Shown piece by piece: positions 1 through 10,240 of a DNA stretch of 64,000 nucleotides (position 1 is its first letter; each line of letters begins with the position of its first letter). The position numbers and the translations under genes were made by a program. Under the pieces are notes generated by a model. That model was not told where the DNA came from, made no database searches, and saw only the letters and a program-made list of their open reading frames with translations. Source of the stretch: Lama glama (lineage: Eukaryota); NCBI GenBank assembly GCA_028534125.1, contig CM052816.1, forward strand, positions 23,686,001 to 23,750,000, given 5' to 3'.

Positions 1-847
1 GGATTAAGCATCCTGAAACATGGATTTAATTAAAGGAGCCCTTCAGATAATTATGGGACTGATTTTCAAAGGCATGCTAGATGATTCAGATTCCTAGTAA
101 CATTCTGAGCTGCATCATTTAAAGCCTGGTCTGGAAGGGCTACCCTCCGAGAATTTACCATTTTCCAAGAACTAAAGAAATTTCCTGGCTGAACATCTAG
201 AAGTCAAAAATTGTGATTGTGAGCATCTTAATCTTAAATATCATCAAGTCTGAGCAACGTTTAGGAGTCTCTTAGGAAGACCTCAAAAGATGACTGGTAT
301 TTGAAAGGACAAGGAAGCACACGGTTGTCTGTCCAGAAGCTGGCTGAGAATTTTGTGACCCTTTCAAGAAGCTGAGCAGTGAAGAGACTCCAATGGACAC
401 TCAACACACTAAAACCTCTCTGCTCAAGGACAGACTAAAACCAGTGCTCTCCAAAAGGTAAGTGTGTGGGTCCCCCAGCAACGGGGAAACAAGTCACTGG
501 GGTCTGGAAAGGAAACAATACAACTTCAACCTATATTTATTTTCTAACTCATTAAAAAAAAAACCCTTTTATGCATACATTTAGTATGCACCTGACAGAG
601 TAGAACAGTAGCATATGGATGCAGTTGTATAAATGAATAGGTATACACGTGTGTGGACACATGATCAACAATGCTTGTCTAAACCGACACCCCAGATTCT
701 GAGGCAGTCTCCCATCCTGGGGCCTCCCAGCCATCTCAGCAGGTAGGGTTTCGGGTCAGCGGGCCTGCTGCCTGGCGCTGCCTGATGGCAAGCCAGGGTG
801 GTCAGCTGTTCTGTACTGCTGGAAACAAATCCGGTGAGCTGTGGACT

Positions 848-1000
848 CGTTCATTCATTCAACAAATATTTACCAAGCACCTATGACATCTAGGGATGAA
901 AGGGTGAACAAAAGTGGAACACTTCCAACTTTCATACAGCTTATATTCTAGTGGGGAGAAAGAAGATGAAAAGGCAAGAAAATGAAGAAAACGTAAAACC
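848..1000 (-). mobile_element. L2 LINE 3' end fragment
   Basis: ttcattcattcaacaaatatttaccaagcacctatg is the reverse complement of the typical L2 3' tail. Boundaries approximate. Confidence 0.7.
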
Positions 1001-1119
1001 AGGCAGTATCACATTCTCCTATGTGAGATGGGGATGTTACCTGTGTCATATTTCTGTGAGGAGTGTTGAAGTGGACTCCAATTATGAGGAAATAATTTAA
1101 TTCATTAAAATTAAAGGAT

Positions 1120-1472
1120 ATTCTTCAAAATTGTTAATAACATGAAAGAAGCAGCAGCTGGGGAACTGTTCTAGATTAATGACTAAAGGCATAATAAAAT
1201 GCAGTCTGATTCTTACTAGGATCCCACATTGAAGAAAAACAGATGTAAAGAAAGTTACTGGAACAACTGAGTAATTTAAATATGGACTGAAGACTAGATA
1301 ATAGCATTAGTTCAACATAATTTTCTTGAATGTGATCATTTTATTGTGATTATTAAGAGAATGACCTTGTTCTTGGGAAAGGAACACTGAAGTAGGTAAA
1401 ACCAGGCGAACAGTATAAGGTGTGGACTGACTATTCTTGCAGCTTTTCTATAAACTTGAATTTTTTCAAAAT
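1120..1472 (+). mobile_element. Old L1 (L1M/L1ME-type) 3' UTR fragment
   Basis: gggaactgttctagatt...aatatggactga...ttttctataaacttgaattttttcaaaat resembles ancestral L1M 3' ends. Confidence 0.65.
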
Positions 1473-1488
1473 GAGATACTGTGGGATA

Positions 1489-1541
1489 GTGTGTGTGTGT
1501 ACGTGCGTGCATGCACGCATGTGCGCACATGTGCGCACACA
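1489..1541. repeat. Alternating purine-pyrimidine tract (GT/GC/CA) with internal palindromes
   Basis: gtgtgtgtgtgtacgtgcgtgcatgcacgcatgtgcgcacatgtgcgcacaca read directly. Confidence 0.9.
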
Positions 1542-1899
1542 GAAATAAAAGGAGATAAAGAGCAATGAGGTGCAGGTGGGGATACTGTTCTATGTTGGTA
1601 ATGAGAGAGGCCCTCTCTACTGTGTCGACAATTGAGCAAAGATGTGGTAGCAGGAAGAAGTGAAGAAGTAGACCATGCAACTATCTGAGAAGCAGGAGTT
1701 CCTAACAGCACATCTACCAGACTGGAGATGCAGAAAAGGTGCCAATGGGAGGGAAGCAGAGCGAATGGAAGGAACGTTGGAAAGAGATGAGGTTGGAGAA
1801 GTAGCTAGAAGTAAGACCACTGCTGGGCCTTGTAAGGCATAATAAACACAGGGGAATTTTATTCTAAGTATGAAAGGAAACCATTGAAGGTTTCTAAAA

Positions 1900-2400
1900 T
1901 ATGATGTGGTGCATTTTGATTCTACTGTGAATGGAACTGTTTTCTTAATTTACTTTTAGGGTTGTTCACCACCAGTACATAAAAATATAGCTGTTTTTTG
2001 TGTATTGATCTTGTATTCTGCAAACTAACAGAACCGATTTATCAATTCTAGTAGCTTTTAATAGATTCCTTAGAATTTTCGATGTATCAGATTATACCAT
2101 TTGGGAATAAAGAGAGTTGTATTTCTTCCTTTTCAATCTGAATAACTTTTCATTCTTTTCCTTGCTTAACTGCACCAGCTATGACCTCCAATGTGATGCT
2201 GAACAGAAGGGCTGAGGGCAGGCATCTTCGTATCATTCCCATCTCAGAGGGAAAGCTACAGTATTTCACCATTACGCATGGCGTAGGGTTTTTGTAAATG
2301 TCCTTTTTCTGGCTAAGGAAGTTCTCTTCTATTCCTTGTTTGTTGGAAGTTTTTATCATGAATGGTGGTTGGCTTTTGTCAAATGTTTTCTCTTTCTCTA
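1900..2400 (-). mobile_element. Old L1 ORF2 fragment, flanked on both sides by L2-like sequence
   Basis: Minus-strand translation (ORF 2150-2482) includes EKTFDKSQPPFMIK...GIEENF...DIYKNPT...LLFSITLEVIA, a decayed L1 ORF2 reverse-transcriptase segment. Confidence 0.85.
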
Positions 2401-5400
2401 TCAATTGTTTTTGTCCACAGTAATTAATATATTTTAAAAGGAACACTTCCATGGCTTTTAGGGAAGAGTGAGCAGAGGACAACAGGCAGACCTCAAAGTG
2501 ATTTTAATAATCCATGCAGCAGACTGTGGTGGGTTGGACTGCAGTGGGAGCAGTGGAGGTGATGATAAGTAGGTGGATTTTGATATACACAGAGCCAACA
2601 GGATTTTCTGATGACTAGGACATGGTATATGAACAGAAAAGACATCAAGGATGAGTTTGGAGCTGGGGGCCAGGGGGTGGGTGTTGTTTTGGGGGTTTTT
2701 GAGCAAGGATAAGGATGGAATTTTCATTTACTAAAATGGAGAAATTTTAAATATAATTTATTTTTAGAGCAGTTTTTCACAGCAGTTGAGAGGAAACAGC
2801 AGAGAATTATCATATGCTCCCCTCACCGCATATACAGCCTCTCCATCTATAAAAATCTCCCCACCTGAGAGGCACATTTATCACATTTAAACCTGCCCTT
2901 TCCTGAAGTGAGCCCTAGCTTCCTTTCTATGCTTCCCGTGTGCCTTTGGGCCCCTTCCTTCCCTAGCAGGCTCTCTTGAGGTTCACAGAGACTCATACTC
3001 CGATGGTGACGTCAGTATCTACCTTTTACGTTACCTTTCTGTTCTAGACCTTTATACTTCACTTTCTCTGTGCAAATCCTGAGATTCTAATCTAACTCAG
3101 AGATAACAGTGTACGTTAGGTTCTTCGCTTAGTAATGAAAAGAAAATGTTACTTCCAAGCCAGTTATAAAACAATAGGAAATTATATCAGCAAGAAGAGC
3201 AGCTGCAATTTATTCTCTGACTTCCTGAATTAAGGAAAATGCCATCTGAACAAATATTAGAAACATACTGTGATAAGAAATCTATTAGCAATTAATGTGC
3301 TCAAATATGAGGTTGCTGAAATATTAGGATTTATTGCTGGGAAAATATATAGGCAATTGCCATGGATAGCCGCTGGGAAATTAAAAAATAATAAATAAAT
3401 AAGGAGCCAGCAAGTAACTGTGAATGAGAAAATACAGATGTTTCACAGAAATAAAACAATGTCTTAATGGTGCTATGACTATACTTGAATATAATATGTC
3501 TACACAATGACAGATTATCCCAAGGCATTAATGGAAAAGAGGGTTATCATTACCAGATATTTATAATAGCTAGGTTCTGCCTCAATGTCTAATGGAAATA
3601 TAAGACATGATATACGTGCAGCAGGTATAATATTACTTAAAATAGGACTCAAACATTTAAAAAAGCATGATGCTACTAGAGCTGAAGAGGGTGGGTTTTA
3701 TGAAAACAAGAAAAGAGTTGGACTAGAAATGGAAAATAAACTAGTTATCTTAGGTGTTAGTGGTTGACATTTAGTTTTATCTTATTCATTGAGGCTGTTT
3801 TGGCTAGTCATTCAGACTTTTCTGTACATAACAGCTAATGAGTTCAATATTTGAACTTTTGAAAAAGTAAAACGACAATTAAATTTTGAAAATATAAATA
3901 GACACTGTAAGTTGGTTCCTCTGATAGACTCATTACATATCATTTTCCTAAACAGTTTAATGTATTTGATTGTTGAAAACCAGCATTTAATGCTGCATTG
4001 CATAGAGCTGTATTGGACAAACACAACTCATTGTCGGGATGTACTATTAAAACATTTCCCCCACTCTCTCTTAATTTTATTTGGTGGAGCTAGATTTTTC
4101 CTGTCCTTAGAAGTAATGGTCTCAAGAGAGATGCTAAAATGTCCAGAACCTTGTAATAATGAAAATTCTGAATTTATTTTTAAATTAAGGCATTTGTTAG
4201 CCTTTCTGTAGCCCGTTCTCAGTTCATGGAAATATGACAATATCTTCAGCTTCCTTCTGCAAAAATCTGTCCATCCCTCAGTCTATGCTTCCATCTTAGA
4301 TAGGACCTTCCTTGTGTTGACTTTCATCTCCACACCTGATTCATGGGTGACATTCCCTGGCCCAGTAAAATCTGAAAGTGAGAACTTGAGTGAGACCACT
4401 CTCCTTTGATAATTGCCAGCCTGCTGCCTGACACCGCTCCTCCTAGAGATTTCACAGGTGAGAGTAAGTCTTCACTCTCAGCGTCGTCTCACTAAAACCT
4501 CTTCTCTGCACGGGAGACTTAAGAGGTAATGCAACCCCATCCCTACACTTTGAGAGGAGAAATGGCCATTTACAGCACCCGGCGTTGTCTCCTAAGAAAT
4601 TTTCTTCTTCTGTCCTCTCTGGAAAGACTGTTTTCTTAATGTTAAGAAGTAGCACCCTCTCTCCAACAGATCCTCTAAAGAAATTCTACCCAGATCCTTT
4701 CTGAAAGTTACACATACTGACCCTTTTATTCTGCAGATGTGCAGAAGGGTTATAAGAGTACTGTGTCTAAATCTCTGTTTTCTAAGTATTTACACTTGTA
4801 CTGGCACTTCACTTCACAAAGCTCCCAGTGCTTCAGATAAAATTACCAACTGTTTTGTTCCTATTACCAACTACCAATAATCCCACCACACCAAAACGAA
4901 GTAGTAAAAGCTAAGTAGTGACCATGTACATAGTTTGAGAAATATATACAATTCTAAAAAATTGACTTCTCTGTCACCTGAATCATTAGAGGTTCATAAA
5001 TTAAAAGTCCTGACTTTCATGTGGCCACTGGATGTTTGCACATCCATTCTGGTGTCAAAACTCAGTCCAGCAGTACTTTGGGAAAACATATCCAAATATT
5101 TAATAAATACTTGCAAGTAAGAGATGCAAGATGACCCACTGAACCATCTCCATCTGGCCAGAACCAACATGTTCAGGTAACCAGTCTGTTCATGGTGATC
5201 TGGAATCACAATACAAATTAGCAAGACTGTTGACTTGTCAGTGTTTCAGGCCCATGGGTGGTCCAAATCATTGTTATATCTATGTTGGTTCTTGTGTCTG
5301 AATTGGATAGTGTGCCAAAAGTAGTAGTTAGCATGTCTAAACCTTCAGGTCTGTCTGGAATGGTAGTTGTTGAAGAGCTAGTTCAGATGTTGGTCATATA

Positions 5401-5724
5401 TTTCTCTTCACTACATCTCCTTACAGACCTGGAAGAATCTCTGTCCTCTAGCTATAATGCCTAAAGATGGCTGCGAGAGAATGTCTAAAAATGGGTGAGA
5501 GGTGTGGAGTGAGCTTTCGCTAGCTCTTACCAAGATTTGGGTCCCTGCAGCCTTCTGTCCTGGCCCCTAAACCCTTTCAAAAGGTTGATTTCAGCTCTAG
5601 TGGAGAGAGACCCCATCACTCACCACCTCTCACCCCCACCTTTATTCACCCTAGGCTCCACCAAGCCTTCCATCCCCAAGCAAGATATTCCAGAGCAGAG
5701 GTGTCTAATTACAGACAATATCTA

Positions 5725-5885
5725 CCACCCCCACACTCTGTGTGACCTTACACAGATCACTTCAGCCTTTGGGCTTCAGTTTCCTCCCCTCTAAAATTAG
5801 AACAATAATGATACTAACCTCACAGGGCTCTTACAGGGATTAAGTGACTTCATTCATGTAGCAGCACTAAGTCAGCAATCAGTGG
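5725..5885 (+). mobile_element. MIR SINE
   Basis: ctgtgtgacctta...ttcagtttcctcccctctaaaattagaacaataatgatactaacctcacaggg matches the MIR core. Confidence 0.8.
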
Positions 5886-5965
5886 ATACTGGGATTTTAT
5901 TGACTAGAGGAATCACATGAAAATTTTGTGCAATCCAACACTGCACAACTAAGATATATGTCATA

Positions 5966-6928
5966 TTATGCCCAGTATTTTTGCCATAGTTTCTTTATCA
6001 TAAAAACTTTTGCTATAAGCATTTTCGATGCAAACATTTGTGCCACATTAATTAATTGGCTATAAGGCAATGTTGCCTTAAAAGATGCAATAACAAAAAA
6101 GAACATTAAAAAGGACACAATGATTATACATGAACATAGATATATTCATTGTCACATTTTTTTCTCTGTGTGACAATGAATATATATATGTTCTCTACAC
6201 TGGAATTTGACACAACATTGTAAAATGATTATAAATCAATAAAAAATGGTAAAAAAAAAAGAGGACGCAATGAAATAATGAATAACAAAATTTAAAACTT
6301 ATTGTGAAACACAAAATATTTGAATATATTTAAAATGTGTATAGGGATTCATGGCAATGCTGCGCAAATAACTGATTTTATTTTGCGGGTTGCTCCTAAG
6401 CACTTGTCTTTTTTTTTTCCTTTGGCTTTGTATTATACATTTTCTGGCCTGTGGATTTGTCTCCTCATTTGGAATTGCACTTTTTCTTTCTCTCTAAAAC
6501 TTCTTTTCTCATTAACAGAGGTATCAGTTTCCAAATACTAGGATGCATATTTGTAAATGAGCTTTGTATTGCACTGTAAAAGCCTCTAAACTATTGCTTG
6601 TTCTTGGCGTGTTGTCATGTGTCCATTGATAGACGTTCCAAAATTCTTTGGGAAATGTGGGTTTAACTCTGTGCCTCTGAACCCCTTAGCCTCTTTCTCC
6701 TCCAGGACAGCGTGTTTCAAAATAAGAAACAAACTCTTGAGGTGAACAATCGTTATCTGTCAGCTTGACAAAGCCAAACTTTCAAACCAAACTGTCAACC
6801 AGATATTTTATCTTTCAGAGCAAAATTGCCTTATGGTCAATCAGTTATGCCATAAAAATGTTCTTGGCAAAAATGCTTGCTGGCAAGGTGTTTACAGCAA
6901 AAAAGCTTACTGTCAAAATACCTAGAAC
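5966..6928 (-). mobile_element. Mutator-like (MULE/MuDR) DNA transposon, non-autonomous deletion derivative with transposase C-terminal remnant
   Basis: Degenerate inverted repeats of ~110 bp (~5966-6077 vs ~6818-6928). Candidate 9-bp TSD tatgtcata (5957-5965) / tatatcatg (6929-6937). Hand translation of minus strand ~6778-6330 gives FVSYFET...PTFPKEFWNVY...PRTSNSLEAF[H]...HPSIWKLI...YLRSIAMN, with stops and frameshifts. Confidence 0.8.
6124..6257 (+). mobile_element. Very short young L1 3' end with inverted 5' segment, inserted in the MULE
   Basis: Matches the L1 tails ending near 21370 and 22713 (ctggaatttgacacaacattgtaaaatgattataaatcaataaaaaa). Poly(A) present. TSD aaaaaggacacaatga (6108-6123) / aaagaggacgcaatga (6258-6273). 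Confidence 0.85.
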
Positions 6929-6963
6929 TATATCATGTATGCACACAATATAATATACACATA

Positions 6964-7281
6964 CAGTCATCCCCCAGTATCTGGGAAGGCTTGGTTCCAG
7001 GAACCCCTGAGGATACCAAACTTCAAGGCTTCTCAAGTCCCTTCTATAAAATGGCATAGTATTTGCATATAACTTATGCACATCCTCCTGTATACTTTGA
7101 ATCACCTCCAGAATACTTGTAACACGTCACACAATGTAAGTGCTATATTAATAGTTGCCAGTAGTGTGTGGCAAATTCAAGTTCTGCATTTTGGAACTTT
7201 CTGGAATTTTTTTCAAATATTTTTGATCCACAGTTGGTTGAATCTGCAGATGAAGAACCCAGGGGTATGGAGGGCTAACTG
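6964..7281. mobile_element. MER2-family (Tigger/TcMar) non-autonomous DNA transposon, probably MER2B
   Basis: Starts TA|cagtcatcccccagtatc and ends ggtatggagggctaactg. Internal ctcaagtcccttctataaaatggcatagtatttgcatataac matches recalled MER2. Confidence 0.85.
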
Positions 7282-7734
7282 GATGAGTATAAATGCTATA
7301 TGCTGACAAGTATTGAATTTCCTTCACTTAGTGCTTTGAAATATTTTGCTACAATTATAAAATGAGACTTCAAAAAATGTATGCAAAAGTGAAAATTTTA
7401 AACACATAATTCTAGTCTCTGAAATATTCATTTATATACTGAAATCTGATATTGCATACTCACTTCTATTAAGTAACAGAGCAGAATAAATTTAAGCGTC
7501 AGACCCAGGACTTGCCATGTAGGTGTTGCCAAGACATGATACATAAGTCTCCAACTCACAGAAATGCCTTCTCCACATTTGCCAGGTGGAGGGGGATAGG
7601 AAAGAAGGGATTTCTTTTTTTTTTTTCTGGGCCATCAAGGATTATACAGAAAAATGAGGTCCTCCTAGTCCTAACAATGGCAGTGGCTGTGTGCAACAGT
7701 CAGAAAAGGAACCCAATTTTCTCATGCTTCAGTG

Positions 7735-8232
7735 GAGAGGTTGGTAGTGGTACACTTCAGGCTACAATGACCAGAAAACCCTGACTCAAGTCTCTTAAAC
7801 AATCAGGAGACACATTATCTCACTAACAAGTCTTTTAGAAGTTGAACAGGCTTCACACAGACTTGGCTCTGCCAGCCTTGTCCACATGCAGGCTGCAGCC
7901 CTGCTGGCCTCTTTGATGGTCAGCAGATGGGAGTTACTGGACTGCACGTCACTTATAAACATGACAAGATCCAATAGATGAACGGGGCTTTTGAGACCAA
8001 GAAGAACTTTCCTTATATCAACCCAGCACTCTTCTTTCAGGCCTCATTGGCTAGGATAACATCACATGACCTTTCCCCAAAAAAGCCATTGTCAGGAACA
8101 GCAAGGTTTCTACAACCGGATAGAACGCATGGGAGTTTAGCCCAGAGTCATGCTGGGAAGAGTTTGACAGCAGATATAAATTAGGTTTCTATCAATAAGG
8201 TTTTGGGTCAGGCAACCAACAGTATTTGCTAT
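7735..8232 (-). mobile_element. MLT1-type (ERVL-MaLR) LTR, degraded
   Basis: ttcaggctacaatgaccagaaaaccctgactcaag...ctcattggctaggataacatcacatgacc...ggcaaccaacagtatttgctatca resembles reverse MLT1. Confidence 0.65.
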
Positions 8233-8929
8233 CATGAAGTGGGTCCCTTTCAGTTGTAAAGTAATGGGATTAAGTTCTCTTCATCACTGCTTGATTGATT
8301 TATGCCATGCTAAACGATAATTTTATGTAACACTAAAGTCACTGGCTTTAAAAAGGCAAATGATAATTGTACAAAGTCATTTGCTTAATGGAGGAGGTGA
8401 ACAAGACTTACATCCTGAGATTCAAGTATGCTGGAAATGACTTATGTGGCTTTGCAATGACCCACCTGATGAGCGAAGGGGGATGATCAGTTTTACTTAG
8501 TTCATTTGCATTTCTCTTAGGATAATAATTAAACAGGTCAGTCCTTCCCAAGTACCTAACTTATGAAGTCTGGGAGAAGCAAACTGGATCCTGGCTACCA
8601 AGCTAGCAGTCAGCCTGGACCAAGTAGATGAGCAGTCCTTAAATAATCAAGCATGTGACTGTAGTTAACAACCTTGTGAAAGTTAGAGTCTCAAAATGAA
8701 TTAATATTTTTCCCATTTAAGTTATTCTCTTCCCCTTTTCAGCACAAATAGGATTTCCATTGGAAAGCCTTCCCCACCCCACCCCTTCCTTTCCCTTTCC
8801 TTTCTTTGGCTTTTCCTTTGCCTCCCTCCCTCTATCCTCTCTTTTTCTCTTTCTCTCATTCTTTTAAGACCAGTAACATTAATTCCCTACTTTGGGGAAA
8901 GAGTCAGTGATATTCTGAAGATAGCTCAC

Positions 8930-9075
8930 TGCCCAGCAGAGATAATTGTGTACATCCCTTCCTAACTCTGAGTTTAGTAACTTGAAATTGGCCATAATGA
9001 GATAATTTACACAACGCAACATGGCAAACGCTACGAATCAGGGCTTTTTCTCCCCGGAGAGCCAGCTCACCAGCT
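8930..9075. mobile_element. MER63-like hAT (Blackjack) element fragment
   Basis: ttgaaattggcc...atttacac...ggcaaacgctacgaatcagggctttttctccccggagagcc matches recalled MER63. Confidence 0.55.
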
Positions 9076-9339
9076 CTGAAACTAGAGGCAGCACATGAGG
9101 GTGACTAAGAGCAAGTGAGCCTGGAGGTATGCCATTTTAGTTCCAATACTGGCTTTCCCATCTAATCTCTCTGACCATTACTTTTCTCATCTAAAAAGTA
9201 GGGATAATAATAAATACTTCATAGAGTAAGACTAAACTGGAACAGTGAGTTTCACGAGTGTTATTTGTGTTAAAGATAGTTACACATTCTTCACACTGAA
9301 AGGTGATCAATATGAATTGAACCTCCCCTAGAAACTGTG

Positions 9340-10240
9340 CACACTGTGACTACCTGTGCAACAGAATCTGGTAACAGGGGTGATACTGCCGTTTCCAGGC
9401 CTAGGCTTGCAAGGAAGTTACAGCTCCATTTCCTTTCTCTGGGATACTTTTCTTTTGGTGGAGGGGTGGCGGGAAGGGTGCCAGGGTTTTCCAGGGAAAT
9501 AAAGACAATAGGAAATAGATAAATGGATAATCGATAGATCGGTAGATAGATAGACAGACAGGCAGACAGACATTGATTTTAAGGAATTAGCTCATGTGAT
9601 TGTAGGGTCTAACAGGGCAGAACGGAAGGCTGGAGACTCTTGGAAGAGTTAATGCTGCAGTTTTAAGTCAAAGGCAATCTGGAGGCAGGATTCCTTTCTC
9701 CTTGGTGATCTCAGCCTTTTTCTCTTTAAGGCCTTCAACTGACTGGTGAAGCCCACCCACTCACCTTAAGGAGGGTAATCTGCTTTACTCAAAGTCTACA
9801 TTTAAATGTTAAACGCACCTAAAAAATACATTCACAGTGACATCCAGACTAGTGCTTGACAAACATCTAGGCATCATAACCTAGCCAAGTTGACACATAA
9901 AGTTAACCAGCACATGGGGACAGCCACTTCCAGGTAAGAAATCCAACCACATGCTGCAGAGAACAAATAGAGAGGTCTTGAGACTACACAGCGATGGATG
10001 GGGTGCAGCCGGAGGAGCCGCCCCTTCAGGGTCCAGGGAATCTGAGTGAAGGCAATTAGGATCCTCCAATCTAACCTAGTCGTCAGCTGAATACTGCCTA
10101 GTGAACCCAGTCAAAGAATTGTCCTGCTGAGCCCTGCCTGAATTTCCGACTCAAAACTTATAATACAATAAAAAGGTTGTTGTTTTAAGTCACTAAATTT
10201 TGGAGCAGTTCTTTACTCTGGAAGAGATAAAAACAGAACA
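9340..10240 (+). mobile_element. MLT1-type LTR interrupted by an MLT2 LTR
   Basis: 3' end gttgttgttttaagtcactaaattttggagcagttctttac...gataaaaacagaaca is typical of MLT1. The sequence is split around 9480-9914. Confidence 0.7.
9480..9914 (-). mobile_element. MLT2 (ERVL) solo LTR containing a (GATA/GACA)n tract
   Basis: cagggttttccagggaaa...aaggaattagctcatgtgattgt...aatctgctttactcaaagtctac...caagttgacacataaagttaaccagcaca. Confidence 0.85.

Noticed and set aside
3007..3014. Perfect CRE palindrome TGACGTCA
   Set aside because: One 8-mer in 64 kb is near chance expectation, with no supporting promoter context.
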